The notes below the pieces were generated by a model. The model saw nothing but the letters and a program-made list of their open reading frames with translations, was not told the origin of the DNA and did not search any database. The translations under genes were made by a program, and so were the position numbers. This document shows, in pieces, positions 1 through 9,031 of a stretch of 60,770 nucleotides of DNA; the first letter of the stretch is position 1; every line of letters starts with the position of its first letter. Origin of the DNA: a virus (taxonomy: Duplodnaviria; Caudoviricetes); the IMG/VR virus record IMGVR_UViG_3300045962_000005, positions 1-60,770 of that record. The stretch is one strand, 5' to 3'.

Positions 1-443
1 ACAACCTGTTCTGTACCTGTTTGATTGCCTTCATCGTCATAAATCAGTTTATCAATCATTAGCGGTTCAACAGGCTCAACCCCTTTAATTGTGTATCCTT
101 CCTCAATGACATTTTCCATTTCGTCTAGTACAGGTTCAATAACTTGCTCTGGTCTGCCATCTTCTAATTTATACTTTTTAAGTCGTGATACCGCTTTGTT
201 GTATTCTTGCTCTTTTCGATTTGTTTCATTCTCAATTGCAAAGTCAATCCCCCATTGCCGACAGCTTTCCACATGTGCCTGATAGTCAGCTATCTCTTGC
301 ATCTCGTCTGCTGTTGGTGCATAAGTGCCAAGTGCTGCACCATGAAGAAATCTGGACAATCGCTGTTCTGCGTTAATGTCGTATTTCTGTCGTATCTTTT
401 GGATAATACGTTTATGTATCTGTTGCTGTGTTAGAATAATCAT
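1..443 (-). CDS. Putative tail-fibre assembly/chaperone-like protein, cassette A (runs off the window start)
   Basis: Not in the ORF track. Manual translation from ATG at 443 (ATGA overlap with upstream stop) gives MIILTQQQIHKRIIQKIRQKYDINAEQRL..., open to position 1. Same relative position as the 260-aa gene of cassette B. Confidence 0.6.
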   Translation of the reverse strand, partial: MIILTQQQIHKRIIQKIRQKYDINAEQRLSRFLHGAALGTYAPTADEMQEIADYQAHVESCRQWGIDFAIENETNRKEQEYNKAVSRLKKYKLEDGRPEQVIEPVLDEMENVIEEGYTIKGVEPVEPLMIDKLIYDDEGNQTGTEQV

Positions 444-739
444 AATTTCACCCAGCTATAAACTGCAATATCATTTAAACTGGTTGGTGCTACAGAAAAG
501 ACAATTGTCTTAGTAAAGCCATTGTCTGCTACTGTGTACTCATCCCCTGAGCCTTCTTTTTGTAATGCACCTGCATCAAATACTTGATAGGGTTCAAGTC
601 CAGCCTCAAGCTCAAAGTCCGTAGTCGAACCATCCCCAGCGAACCAAGTTACTGTGGGTTTCTCTGCATACTTAGGTTTATAAAACCCTGCCAGTTCTTC
701 TCGTAGATTTATAGAGTCTTTAGTTACATAAGCACCCAT
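440..739 (-). CDS. Small tail-fibre-associated protein, cassette A
   Basis: 99 aa, follows the fibre gene. N-terminus MGAYVTKDSINLREELA resembles the N-terminus of 58361..58984. Confidence 0.6.
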   Translation of the reverse strand: MGAYVTKDSINLREELAGFYKPKYAEKPTVTWFAGDGSTTDFELEAGLEPYQVFDAGALQKEGSGDEYTVADNGFTKTIVFSVAPTSLNDIAVYSWVKL

Positions 740-741
740 AG

Positions 742-3348
742 TTATATTCCTTTAATTACAAAGCCAGCTTCCGCATCAATGCTTGTACCCGCATCATTAT
801 CCCCACCCGAACCACTGTCATATTTAACAATCTGTCCATCATGTCTTGCAGTCCAGCCAGAATCAGATATTTCGTATAGAGTTTTAGTGGACTCATCATA
901 ACCTAAGTCATTGATATCTAAAGCAGATGTCGAAAATTCAGCACCATCACGAAATAGATGCTTCTCGCTTTCATACATAAATTGTATTTGTGTGGCAGTA
1001 GGAGTGCCGCCAGATATTCTTGGCAAAGCTATTGAACCATCAAATGGTGCATCACTATTGATTGAATAACCGACCCGCAATGTTTCCGCTGATGTCATAT
1101 CAACCATTGTTAATGTTGCTGTGGCATAGCTTACACCATCAATATAAATTGTCTGTGCATCTGCCCCATCATTAGTTAATACAAAATGATGCCAATTGCC
1201 ATTCCCAACATCTGTTGTGCTTGAGCCTATTGTGTTTGACCCCTGAATATACAAAGCAAGCTCACCTGTAGTTCCTACAACTTGTAATGTACGTCTCTTG
1301 CCTGTTACCAACTCACCAAAGTCAATAATACATTGGCTGGTAGCATCAGTTGTTGTCTTAAACCAACCCATAACCGTAAATGCGTCTGCTGCTGCAAAAA
1401 CCATATCGGCGTTATAAGGCTGGACAAAATAATTTGAACTGGAGAAGCCCGAAGCGCACGTCATCTCTGCCCCACTTGCCACCGCACTTTTTGTGATACT
1501 GCCCACAGCTTTGAGGCCATTGTTATTGTAGGACATGTCGGGTGTGGCTTGGGTTATTGTGATATCTTTAATTGAAAATGTAGCTGTAGTTGCACCTGAA
1601 GCGGCAAATCTAACATACACAGTTGTGTCAATAGCGATAAAAGTGCTTGTTTTAACACCTGTGGTTGTCTCATTTGCAGTGTATAAATTTCCAGAGCCAA
1701 TCTCATCTTGAACGTAACAATCCACTGTATTTGATACTGCTGTTATTTCAAAACTGATTAGATACGTCAAGCCAGCTACTGTTGTTACTTCCCGCTCTAA
1801 ATGGTCATAGCTGGCACTATTTCTATCAACACTAACAACACCACTTGATGTAGAGATTAACTGCCCTGTTGGACTTGTCCAATCTGCGTAAGTTGAATCA
1901 AAAGTTGCTTTATCTGCTACATCTGTACTGAATGATTCATTGACTAAATCCGTACCACTCAGCGAATCAGTCGAGGTGTCACCCAGCCAAGCACCTTTGA
2001 TATCGCCATATAACCAGCCTGATGTAAATGCATTATCACCACCTGTGATGGTGCAGATTAAACTTGACCCTTCTGAACCTGCTGTATAGTTGGGTTTAAT
2101 GAGGCTTAACCCTCTATCCGAAGCAAAAGCATTATGGGCGAAATCATTTGGTTGTGCTGATGTGCCTTCATAGGTTAAAGGCAACATTGTTGCATTATAT
2201 CCAGAATATTGAGCAGTTCCACCATAATAGAAACTGTAATGAAAGTAAGAAGTACTAGCGTAGCGGGAATCAACTAAAGCTGAATTAATTGGTTGACTGA
2301 GAATATATTTGTTAGCTACATAACTGTCTGTTGACCAATACACATAATCTCCGATAATACCAATATTATATACACTATCAACCCCGTTCCCATCATCAGT
2401 CCAGCTCGAAACACTGTTATCAGAAGTATCAATGCGGTCAAGGCCACCATCTGAGCCAACGAAAACTATGTTTTTACCTGTGCTGGGGTCTGTGGTTACT
2501 GCGAGTGCGTTAAAGTCTCTATCTGATAAAGGCTCTGAAAAATAACCTGTTATGACAGTTGAGATGCTATCATCGCGTGTAACAAGTCCATTATGCGGAT
2601 AATATAAAGATGCACTATTAATTCTCCAGAATGATGAATCATCTATAAAATTAACTGTAGACACAGCCCCAGTTCCACTTGATGCACTATATAAAATACC
2701 ATTTAACATCTTAATAGAAACAAGAGGGTTTACCCCGCCAGCAATAGAAAGCCCGCTCCCAGCATTAAACACCATCCACATCGGCAATGAACTATCAGTG
2801 GCATCATAAATAGTTACTGTGTCTGATTCTGCAACGATAAGCGCCACTTTTGGAAAAGCCTTTGTTTTTCCACGAGTCGCAGTATTGAGTGTTTCATTGT
2901 ACCAGCTTGTGTGTCCGCATTCATTAACCCAGTTGGGGTTGTGGTCTTTTGATACATCGTATATGAAAACGTCAACAATGGTTCCAGTATTCACAACTTC
3001 TGATACTGCGTCTAAATTATCTAGCTTTAAGTCAAAAAATTGTTTAGTAGTACTACAATAGACAAAGCAGTTTGTTCCTGATAATGAGATAGCGGAAGGA
3101 GATGTATCATCAAAAGTGCCTGACACTAAAGTTGTATGAACAGTAGTTCGGGCAAGCGTATTACCCGCACCGATTGTCCCTATCCCCGTTTCCCGGTCAT
3201 TGCCATCCTGTATCGTATAATAAACCGTATCACCTTCACTAAACGCTTCGGAAAAACGAGCAAAACCAGATACTTCGGTTAAAGTAACAGTACCCGTACC
3301 CGTGGTGCTTGTAGACTCTTTAACAAAGTCATGTACTAAATTAGCCAT
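742..3348 (-). CDS. Tail fibre/receptor-binding protein with LamG (concanavalin-like) domain, version A
   Basis: 868 aa, Ser/Thr/Gly-rich. Tail-attachment-type N-terminus (DFVKESTSTTGTGTVTL) and LamG-type motifs (FTVMGWFKT, WHHFVLT, IYIDG). Confidence 0.75.
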   Translation of the reverse strand: MANLVHDFVKESTSTTGTGTVTLTEVSGFARFSEAFSEGDTVYYTIQDGNDRETGIGTIGAGNTLARTTVHTTLVSGTFDDTSPSAISLSGTNCFVYCSTTKQFFDLKLDNLDAVSEVVNTGTIVDVFIYDVSKDHNPNWVNECGHTSWYNETLNTATRGKTKAFPKVALIVAESDTVTIYDATDSSLPMWMVFNAGSGLSIAGGVNPLVSIKMLNGILYSASSGTGAVSTVNFIDDSSFWRINSASLYYPHNGLVTRDDSISTVITGYFSEPLSDRDFNALAVTTDPSTGKNIVFVGSDGGLDRIDTSDNSVSSWTDDGNGVDSVYNIGIIGDYVYWSTDSYVANKYILSQPINSALVDSRYASTSYFHYSFYYGGTAQYSGYNATMLPLTYEGTSAQPNDFAHNAFASDRGLSLIKPNYTAGSEGSSLICTITGGDNAFTSGWLYGDIKGAWLGDTSTDSLSGTDLVNESFSTDVADKATFDSTYADWTSPTGQLISTSSGVVSVDRNSASYDHLEREVTTVAGLTYLISFEITAVSNTVDCYVQDEIGSGNLYTANETTTGVKTSTFIAIDTTVYVRFAASGATTATFSIKDITITQATPDMSYNNNGLKAVGSITKSAVASGAEMTCASGFSSSNYFVQPYNADMVFAAADAFTVMGWFKTTTDATSQCIIDFGELVTGKRRTLQVVGTTGELALYIQGSNTIGSSTTDVGNGNWHHFVLTNDGADAQTIYIDGVSYATATLTMVDMTSAETLRVGYSINSDAPFDGSIALPRISGGTPTATQIQFMYESEKHLFRDGAEFSTSALDINDLGYDESTKTLYEISDSGWTARHDGQIVKYDSGSGGDNDAGTSIDAEAGFVIKGI
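2447..2573 (+). repeat. 127-bp exact repeat of the window end (60644..60770)
   Basis: Compared base by base. The first mismatch to the left is 2446 A versus 60643 G. Confidence 0.95.
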
Positions 3349-3363
3349 GCGTATTTCACCAAT

Positions 3364-3813
3364 TTATGCTAAAGTAAATATACCCGACCCAGACCATGTA
3401 ACGGAGATATCACCTGTTTGTAAACTAATAGCTGTTGTACCGTCGCCACCAGTTGTCATATCAACATAAGCTAAAGCTGTATCGCTTGCCTCTGTATCGT
3501 CGTAGATAATTCCGTATCGAATATCAACTGGGCCTGACGCATCCTGTGACCACGATGGGGTCGTGGAGCTATCAAAAGTGACTGTTCCACCTGATTCAAC
3601 CCATGTGCAGGTCAGTGTTATCCCGCCAGCAACGTAACTTGTTCCGCCTGAGACTTCAGTAAAACCTGTTGCCAATGCTAAATCAGCTTGTGTCGCCACT
3701 AAGCTGGAATCGCTCACTAGAGCAATTTTAAATACATGCGTATCTAAATCAAAAGTACCATCTGCTAGATATTCTTTTGATGAGTTAAATACTGTTACTG
3801 TTCCTTGGCTCAA
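3364..3813 (-). CDS. Virion structural (tail) protein
   Basis: 149 aa, TTG start with GGAGAAGGA SD. Motifs FKIALV...EVSGGTSYVAGG are typical of small phage tail proteins; tail-gene context. Confidence 0.6.
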   Translation of the reverse strand: MSQGTVTVFNSSKEYLADGTFDLDTHVFKIALVSDSSLVATQADLALATGFTEVSGGTSYVAGGITLTCTWVESGGTVTFDSSTTPSWSQDASGPVDIRYGIIYDDTEASDTALAYVDMTTGGDGTTAISLQTGDISVTWSGSGIFTLA

Positions 3814-3855
3814 AATCCTTCTCCTTAATAAAAATTGTGATAAACAAGTTCAGCA

Positions 3856-4761
3856 TTATGCTGCCAATAAAGTTCTGTTTTTAGCGGTAACTTCTACTTG
3901 TCGGTTCTTAGCAAGAACATCAACTTGGCGATTTTTAGCTGTGACGTATACATTTCTTCTAACAAAGAAATCTGGTATTACCGCTAACCCAGCAACATCA
4001 GCTAATTGCCCATTAATCTGCAACGTAGCCGTTACAGCGTTAATATTTTGTCCGTCAACTACAACGGCATCGTTTTCTGCAATAGTCAGGTCTTGCTCTA
4101 TAGCAAAGATACCCGTACCTATATTTAAACTGGCTTGAATACCAGTTACCGACAATACAGTTGTTATCGTCTGGATGTCGTTATCAGCTTTTACTAAAGC
4201 TTGATGCTCAGTGATTACTAACGAAGCTATCGCTGCATCAACTGTTTTATTAACCTGAACTACTGAGTCTTGCCCGGTTATAACTAAGGTATCTTCAATA
4301 CCAATTAAAAACTTACCGTTATTGACAAGTGATGCCTGACCTTCTATATCAAGAACCGCTGTTTCTGCTATAACATCAACATCAGCTTTTACAAGTGCCT
4401 GATATTCTGTAATAATTAAAGCGTCAATCTCTGACGTTATATTTATCTCAGCATTTACAGTCGCTTCAAACTCAGTAATAACCAAGCTTGGCGTTGTACC
4501 GTTTAATTCCTGCTTGTTGTTAACAAGAGAGTCGTACTCAGCGATAAGTAAATTATCAGTGATTGAGTGTAAATCTCTAGCGTCATTGACTGTTGCCTGA
4601 TACTCAGTAGTAACTAAAGTATCTTCAATACCTGTTAAGAAGCGAGCATCATTAATAGTTGCTTGGTGTTCAGTAATAGTTAATGATGCTACCCCTGCAC
4701 CTATAATGCGGGATACCGCTGGTGCTGCTAGTGGGTACGTATTTAAAGCATCGAAGTTCAT
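3856..4761 (-). CDS. Repetitive virion/tail protein
   Basis: 301 aa with ~21-aa LxITExQAxVN repeats and C-terminal AKNRQV repeats. Confidence 0.55.
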   Translation of the reverse strand: MNFDALNTYPLAAPAVSRIIGAGVASLTITEHQATINDARFLTGIEDTLVTTEYQATVNDARDLHSITDNLLIAEYDSLVNNKQELNGTTPSLVITEFEATVNAEINITSEIDALIITEYQALVKADVDVIAETAVLDIEGQASLVNNGKFLIGIEDTLVITGQDSVVQVNKTVDAAIASLVITEHQALVKADNDIQTITTVLSVTGIQASLNIGTGIFAIEQDLTIAENDAVVVDGQNINAVTATLQINGQLADVAGLAVIPDFFVRRNVYVTAKNRQVDVLAKNRQVEVTAKNRTLLAA

Positions 4762-4764
4762 AAT

Positions 4765-5109
4765 TTACTTTTCACCGCATGATAAAACCGCTGTCTGATC
4801 CTCAATAATCCCATTAGAAGCTGTAATACGGCACGTTACGTTATACTTAATGCCTGCAGTTCCACCACTTAACCATGCATAAATAATAGAATTTGGAACA
4901 TCGACTAAAATCGACCCAACAACTATTGGTGTTGTGTCTTCACTAGCATCGAAGTTGTCAGTAACTGCAATAATAATCTCTCGATTATCAACGTCATCAA
5001 CTAAAGTTGTACTTTCAGCAGTTGTCCAATCAGACCAATCAAACGAGTAGGGGATATAGCTATTAGGGTCTTTACAATCTGTAAATTTAGGGAATTTAAG
5101 ACACGCCAT
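4765..5109 (-). CDS. Tail/fibre adaptor-like structural protein
   Basis: 114 aa; KDP..YSFDWSDW...WLSGGTAG.KY.VTC pattern seen in phage fibre-adaptor proteins; GGAGG SD. Confidence 0.55.
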   Translation of the reverse strand: MACLKFPKFTDCKDPNSYIPYSFDWSDWTTAESTTLVDDVDNREIIIAVTDNFDASEDTTPIVVGSILVDVPNSIIYAWLSGGTAGIKYNVTCRITASNGIIEDQTAVLSCGEK

Positions 5110-5145
5110 CTACACCTCCAAACACAATTATAGAAATATAAGCAC

Positions 5146-5154
5146 ATTATAGCA
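5146..5154 (-). promoter_or_regulatory. Putative extended -10 promoter (TGCTATAAT) for tail genes
   Basis: TGnTATAAT in the terL-tail intergenic gap; a second TATAAT at 5127-5132. Confidence 0.45.
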
Positions 5155-5164
5155 CTTAAATCAA

Positions 5165-6595
5165 CTACAACCACGCTTTTAAGTTAGATATTTTTATGTT
5201 TCTTCGGCCTCTAAACCCTTGATGCATGCCACCAAAAGTCTGATCGACGTGTAAACAGGCATATTGATGCGCGTCCGCTATGTGGGAGTAAAAATTCTTC
5301 TCTGGTTTAGGCTCGATTTCACCGTTTGTTTTCATCTTATATCGGTAACCAGACCGCATCGCTTTTATCAATTTCTTACAGGACGGGTCTATAATATGCC
5401 GTGCGCCTGTATCAACCTGCCCGGAGAGTAGATTCTCAACGGCTGATATTCTAGCTTGAATCGAGTTTGTTTTAGCAGGTATAATAGTAAAACCCTCTGC
5501 TTTCAGAACGTCAAAGACTGACCGCTCATCAGTTTGCGCACGTTGCGAACCAGCAGGGTCACCTATGATAATCACAGGGTGTCCGGGGAATTTGTTGGTC
5601 AGCAATGGTCTGAGCAATTCGCGGCAGAACCGCAGAATACCCATACCTTCGCTAGTGAGTTCTGCAAGCGTAATTAACCTTCCTCTAGCATCCTGTTGAT
5701 TTATCGTACACGCGGGGGTTAACCCGAAATCCATACCGATTAATAAAGGATGGTTCTCAGATACGAACGCCTTTAACGGTTCTTCTGCAACGTGATACCG
5801 GCTATCAAAGCTTCTGAATACCGGCTTACCGGATAAAGACTTACCAAACTTACTGTGTACATATACGTCTACCCAATCGTCGTCGTTAGACTGCATCAGG
5901 TTGTCATAGTACCCATCAGGCAGAAAATGTAGCCAATCCGCGATATCAGAAACGCCGCTAGGCTGTATAAAACAGTCTGCGTTTGTAGGCGGGTCACTAA
6001 AATACTGTTCCCAGTACGTATCCGCATCAGGTGGGTTACTCATCCCCCATACGTGCGCGTTCGACGAACCGTCTTCTTTGACGCAACCGCCAGAATGCAT
6101 ACCCGGTTTCGGTGGTACAAGCATCTTGTCTGGGTATCTGCCCAATCGTCCTTGCATGGTAGAGAATACGTCTGGATTAATTTCACGGAATTCGTCGAAT
6201 ATCGCAAAGCTGGCTTGCAGCGACAACAATCTACGCACATCATTTCCGTCGTCAAGTCCACGGAACAACACCTCGCATTCAACATCGTTAAACCTCAATA
6301 TAAATTTCATTTCAGTTTTTAGTAATGAACCAGCTGCTCCGTCAGGGAACCACTTTAAAAAATCAGGTATGCTGGTATCCCATAGCATCTGTCTGGTGTT
6401 ACGAACCCAGACTGCTCTACTGCGCCTAATACCGTCTTTACACGGATGCATCATAGCCGCATGATGCGCTATCTTCATTATCCCGGCGCTTGTCTTCGTG
6501 CTTCCCACAGGGCCTAATTGTAGTGCTATGAATTTCTCCGACGCAAAAAACGGTAACAAAGAATCAGGCGGTTTAAAATCTACAGATTCACTCAT
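5165..6595 (-). CDS. terL: Terminase large subunit
   Basis: 476 aa. Walker A GPVGSTKT, Walker B AIFDE, nuclease motifs IGMDFG and HIADA. Confidence 0.92.
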   Translation of the reverse strand: MSESVDFKPPDSLLPFFASEKFIALQLGPVGSTKTSAGIMKIAHHAAMMHPCKDGIRRSRAVWVRNTRQMLWDTSIPDFLKWFPDGAAGSLLKTEMKFILRFNDVECEVLFRGLDDGNDVRRLLSLQASFAIFDEFREINPDVFSTMQGRLGRYPDKMLVPPKPGMHSGGCVKEDGSSNAHVWGMSNPPDADTYWEQYFSDPPTNADCFIQPSGVSDIADWLHFLPDGYYDNLMQSNDDDWVDVYVHSKFGKSLSGKPVFRSFDSRYHVAEEPLKAFVSENHPLLIGMDFGLTPACTINQQDARGRLITLAELTSEGMGILRFCRELLRPLLTNKFPGHPVIIIGDPAGSQRAQTDERSVFDVLKAEGFTIIPAKTNSIQARISAVENLLSGQVDTGARHIIDPSCKKLIKAMRSGYRYKMKTNGEIEPKPEKNFYSHIADAHQYACLHVDQTFGGMHQGFRGRRNIKISNLKAWL

Positions 6596-6795
6596 TGCTT
6601 AGTATAACTCCATTTGTCCGCATCGTGCGTATTATATAAAACTCTGGAAAGCGATGCGGTGTTGCCTTCGGATGCTTCTTCATGTTCTTTACATATCGAA
6701 CACCCGTGTATAAAGCCTTTAGCGTAAGTCCACCCCTCCTTATGCCCGTACTTATCATACATTCTAACGATGTATTCCCCGGTTTTCTGCCTCAT
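6592..6795 (-). CDS. Hypothetical protein
   Basis: 67 aa, GGAGG SD, overlaps the terL start. Confidence 0.6.
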   Translation of the reverse strand: MRQKTGEYIVRMYDKYGHKEGWTYAKGFIHGCSICKEHEEASEGNTASLSRVLYNTHDADKWSYTKQ

Positions 6796-7056
6796 TTATC
6801 CCTCCGTTTTCCCGTATTTTAGCAATCGCCGTTCCTCTGACTGCATATAAAAGATAACTTTCCTGCAATCCCGTAGTTTATCACTATGAGAAGATTCCCC
6901 GTACCGGTATAAGCTTCTGAACGATTCACCAACCTGAGCATTCATGTCTTTATAGGATATCAGGTCTTGCAGCTCTTTTGCATCGTTCGGTATCTCATAG
7001 TAACTCGCTGTTGAACCATCCGACGTTACTTTTTGCGTCGTGTTCTGTGTTTTCAT
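6796..7056 (-). CDS. DUF3310-like phage protein
   Basis: Start moved to ATG 7056 (GAGGA SD). SDGSTASYY...ELQDLI...YRYG...D..K..FY resembles DUF3310-type proteins. Confidence 0.5.
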   Translation of the reverse strand: MKTQNTTQKVTSDGSTASYYEIPNDAKELQDLISYKDMNAQVGESFRSLYRYGESSHSDKLRDCRKVIFYMQSEERRLLKYGKTEG

Positions 7057-7069
7057 TGTTTTTAGTTCC

Positions 7070-7411
7070 TCATGTTGTGTTGACGGGATTCCAAGGAACA
7101 GAACCATACCAAAAAGCGATGTTTGCCTCTGTGCCTAACGCTTCTTTTTGCCGTGGCCCTATCGCGGATACAGTGACTTTTTTATTGTTCCTGATAAAAT
7201 ACTGATTAGACTCATCACGATTCGCCAGCTCATCAATTTCTTCTACTGTATACTCATTTTTCTTCCGTAGCCGCAACTTAAAGGTATGGTATCGCAATAG
7301 CCCTTCAACTCTCTCCTTACTTGGGTTTATTTTTCTACAATACTTATTAAACAGGTCAACCGCAAAATTCACTTCCCCTTCGACAATAACTGTCGCGCTT
7401 TTCTTTGGCAT
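7070..7411 (-). CDS. Hypothetical protein
   Basis: 113 aa, GGAGG SD, tightly packed with neighbours. Confidence 0.6.
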   Translation of the reverse strand: MPKKSATVIVEGEVNFAVDLFNKYCRKINPSKERVEGLLRYHTFKLRLRKKNEYTVEEIDELANRDESNQYFIRNNKKVTVSAIGPRQKEALGTEANIAFWYGSVPWNPVNTT

Positions 7412-7587
7412 TAGTAGTCCTCCATTTCCCTGAACGTGTGCCAGTAATTCGGTTTTTGCTTAGGCTGGTATTTCTCACATGCCCTAAAATATTTAATTAT
7501 AATAGTTGAGCCATAAGCATTAGCTTTGTTGTAGTCACATTTTTTGTTCGCACATTCTTTTATACAAACGGTCTTTTTATTCATCAT
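7411..7587 (-). CDS. Small Cys-rich hypothetical protein (58 aa)
   Basis: Below track cutoff: MMNKKTVCIKECANKKCDYNK...ACEKYQPK. Its stop overlaps the next start. Confidence 0.5.
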   Translation of the reverse strand: MMNKKTVCIKECANKKCDYNKANAYGSTIIIKYFRACEKYQPKQKPNYWHTFREMEDY

Positions 7588-7637
7588 TCACCAATTGTTT
7601 TTTAGCTGATTCTAAAATACCTATCATATCCTTTACT

Positions 7638-7901
7638 TCAAATAATTCTGTCATTAATCACCTCTTTAAACTTAGTTATTTTACCCTCACTGAGATAATC
7701 AATATGTAGAGCAGTTAATCTCATCTTTAATCGTTCTAAATCACTATCGGCTGTATGATTCCCAGCGATATCAGTGTAAATCCATCCCTCTCTCGGTTTA
7801 AGTTTTTCTTCAAAGTGGTCTGCTTTTCCATGAATACATTTATCACATATATTATCTATATGTGTTTCTGTATTCCATCTACATTGTTCACATTTACTCA
7901 T
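7638..7901 (-). CDS. Cys-rich hypothetical protein
   Basis: Start moved to ATG 7901 (ATGA overlap). CEQC...CDKCIHG. Confidence 0.55.
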   Translation of the reverse strand: MSKCEQCRWNTETHIDNICDKCIHGKADHFEEKLKPREGWIYTDIAGNHTADSDLERLKMRLTALHIDYLSEGKITKFKEVINDRII

Positions 7902-8089
7902 ATCGAATCTTCTTCCCAGTTGCACACTATAGACACACCTTTGATGCATTGATTACATGGGTAGACAATTTTATCACTACTGTATTTACAACTAGTGCAA
8001 CTTAAACCAGCAGATAATTCATAAGCCACATCTATAAGCGTGTTATTAATAATTTCAACAAGTTTCTTTCTTTCAATATTTGCTTTCAT
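7898..8089 (-). CDS. Cys-rich hypothetical protein
   Basis: 63 aa, CTSC...CNQCIKG. Confidence 0.55.
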   Translation of the reverse strand: MKANIERKKLVEIINNTLIDVAYELSAGLSCTSCKYSSDKIVYPCNQCIKGVSIVCNWEEDSI

Positions 8090-8102
8090 TCTTCACATTC
8101 AC

Positions 8103-8585
8103 TCATAAAATTAATATTCCATTATTGAGAGCTTCCGCAGTTTTTATAGCACCTTCTTTTGTTAGTTTTAATGCAGTTATTTCTGTAACATCTTCAGCTA
8201 TATCTACACCCCATTCGTTATACATATCACTCCAATATACTGTTGCCCATTCTTCTAAATCGTCTGAAGCAAGATAGTCATGCTCGCAAGCCCAAGCATG
8301 TAACTTAGCTAATTGCTTTAATCGTTTAGATAAGTCTTCTGCTTGCTCTCCAGTTGAGCAAAAAGTATTTAGACGAACAACTGGTGGTTCTAAAGTTTCT
8401 AGATTTCCTTTAGTAGCAGTTACATCAATTATATGTTTTGGTTCCCATTGCTTAGGTTCAAAGTAATCACTTTCAAACTCAGGTGAATGTATACAAGTAG
8501 ATTTATAATCACACCAATGCTGTGCGTTTGGTTCAAAGTCAAAATGTTTGCATTTATTGCAGGGTTCTTTTTCTATGCTATTCAT
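8103..8585 (-). CDS. Hypothetical protein with N-terminal Cys cluster
   Basis: 160 aa, CNKC...C....CIH. Confidence 0.6.
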   Translation of the reverse strand: MNSIEKEPCNKCKHFDFEPNAQHWCDYKSTCIHSPEFESDYFEPKQWEPKHIIDVTATKGNLETLEPPVVRLNTFCSTGEQAEDLSKRLKQLAKLHAWACEHDYLASDDLEEWATVYWSDMYNEWGVDIAEDVTEITALKLTKEGAIKTAEALNNGILIL

Positions 8586-8745
8586 AACCTTTCATCTCCC
8601 AAAGATTTAATAACCATAGCGGCCAGAACATCAACGTAAAAACAAACGCACCGATTAGCCACCATCCTTCGTAGTAGTCATCTATACATAGTCGAACTAT
8701 AAAAATTAATAGCCCTATTTCACCATATAAATCGAGAAATGACAT
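8578..8745 (-). CDS. Small membrane protein (55 aa)
   Basis: Manual translation MSFLDLYGEIGLLIFIVRLC...WWLIGAFVFTLMFWPLWLL; two hydrophobic stretches; fills a gap in the operon. Confidence 0.45.
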   Translation of the reverse strand: MSFLDLYGEIGLLIFIVRLCIDDYYEGWWLIGAFVFTLMFWPLWLLNLWEMKGYE

Positions 8746-8814
8746 ATAGAATCCCGCTTATAAACCCAACCGTTATCAAAATATTTAACCAACACTCATT
8801 ACAACACTGCATGC

Positions 8815-9027
8815 CTACTCCCTATAGTACCGGCACCTCCATCCGTCCGGCTTGCATTTTATCTCCCCTAAGCCCTCTAACTGCTCCCGATATTCTGCAC
8901 TTAGATAAATCTCGCAGTAGTGCTTCCTTTTACACTTACTCTGCGTACAAAATCCTTGGTATTTTTGTCCATACACGTCGTGTATGAACGCAACCCCTTC
9001 TTCATTCAAAAATTTATCGTCGCTCAT
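8815..9027 (-). CDS. Cys-rich hypothetical protein
   Basis: 70 aa, in operon orientation. Confidence 0.5.
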   Translation of the reverse strand: MSDDKFLNEEGVAFIHDVYGQKYQGFCTQSKCKRKHYCEIYLSAEYREQLEGLGEIKCKPDGWRCRYYRE

Positions 9028-9031
9028 GCTT

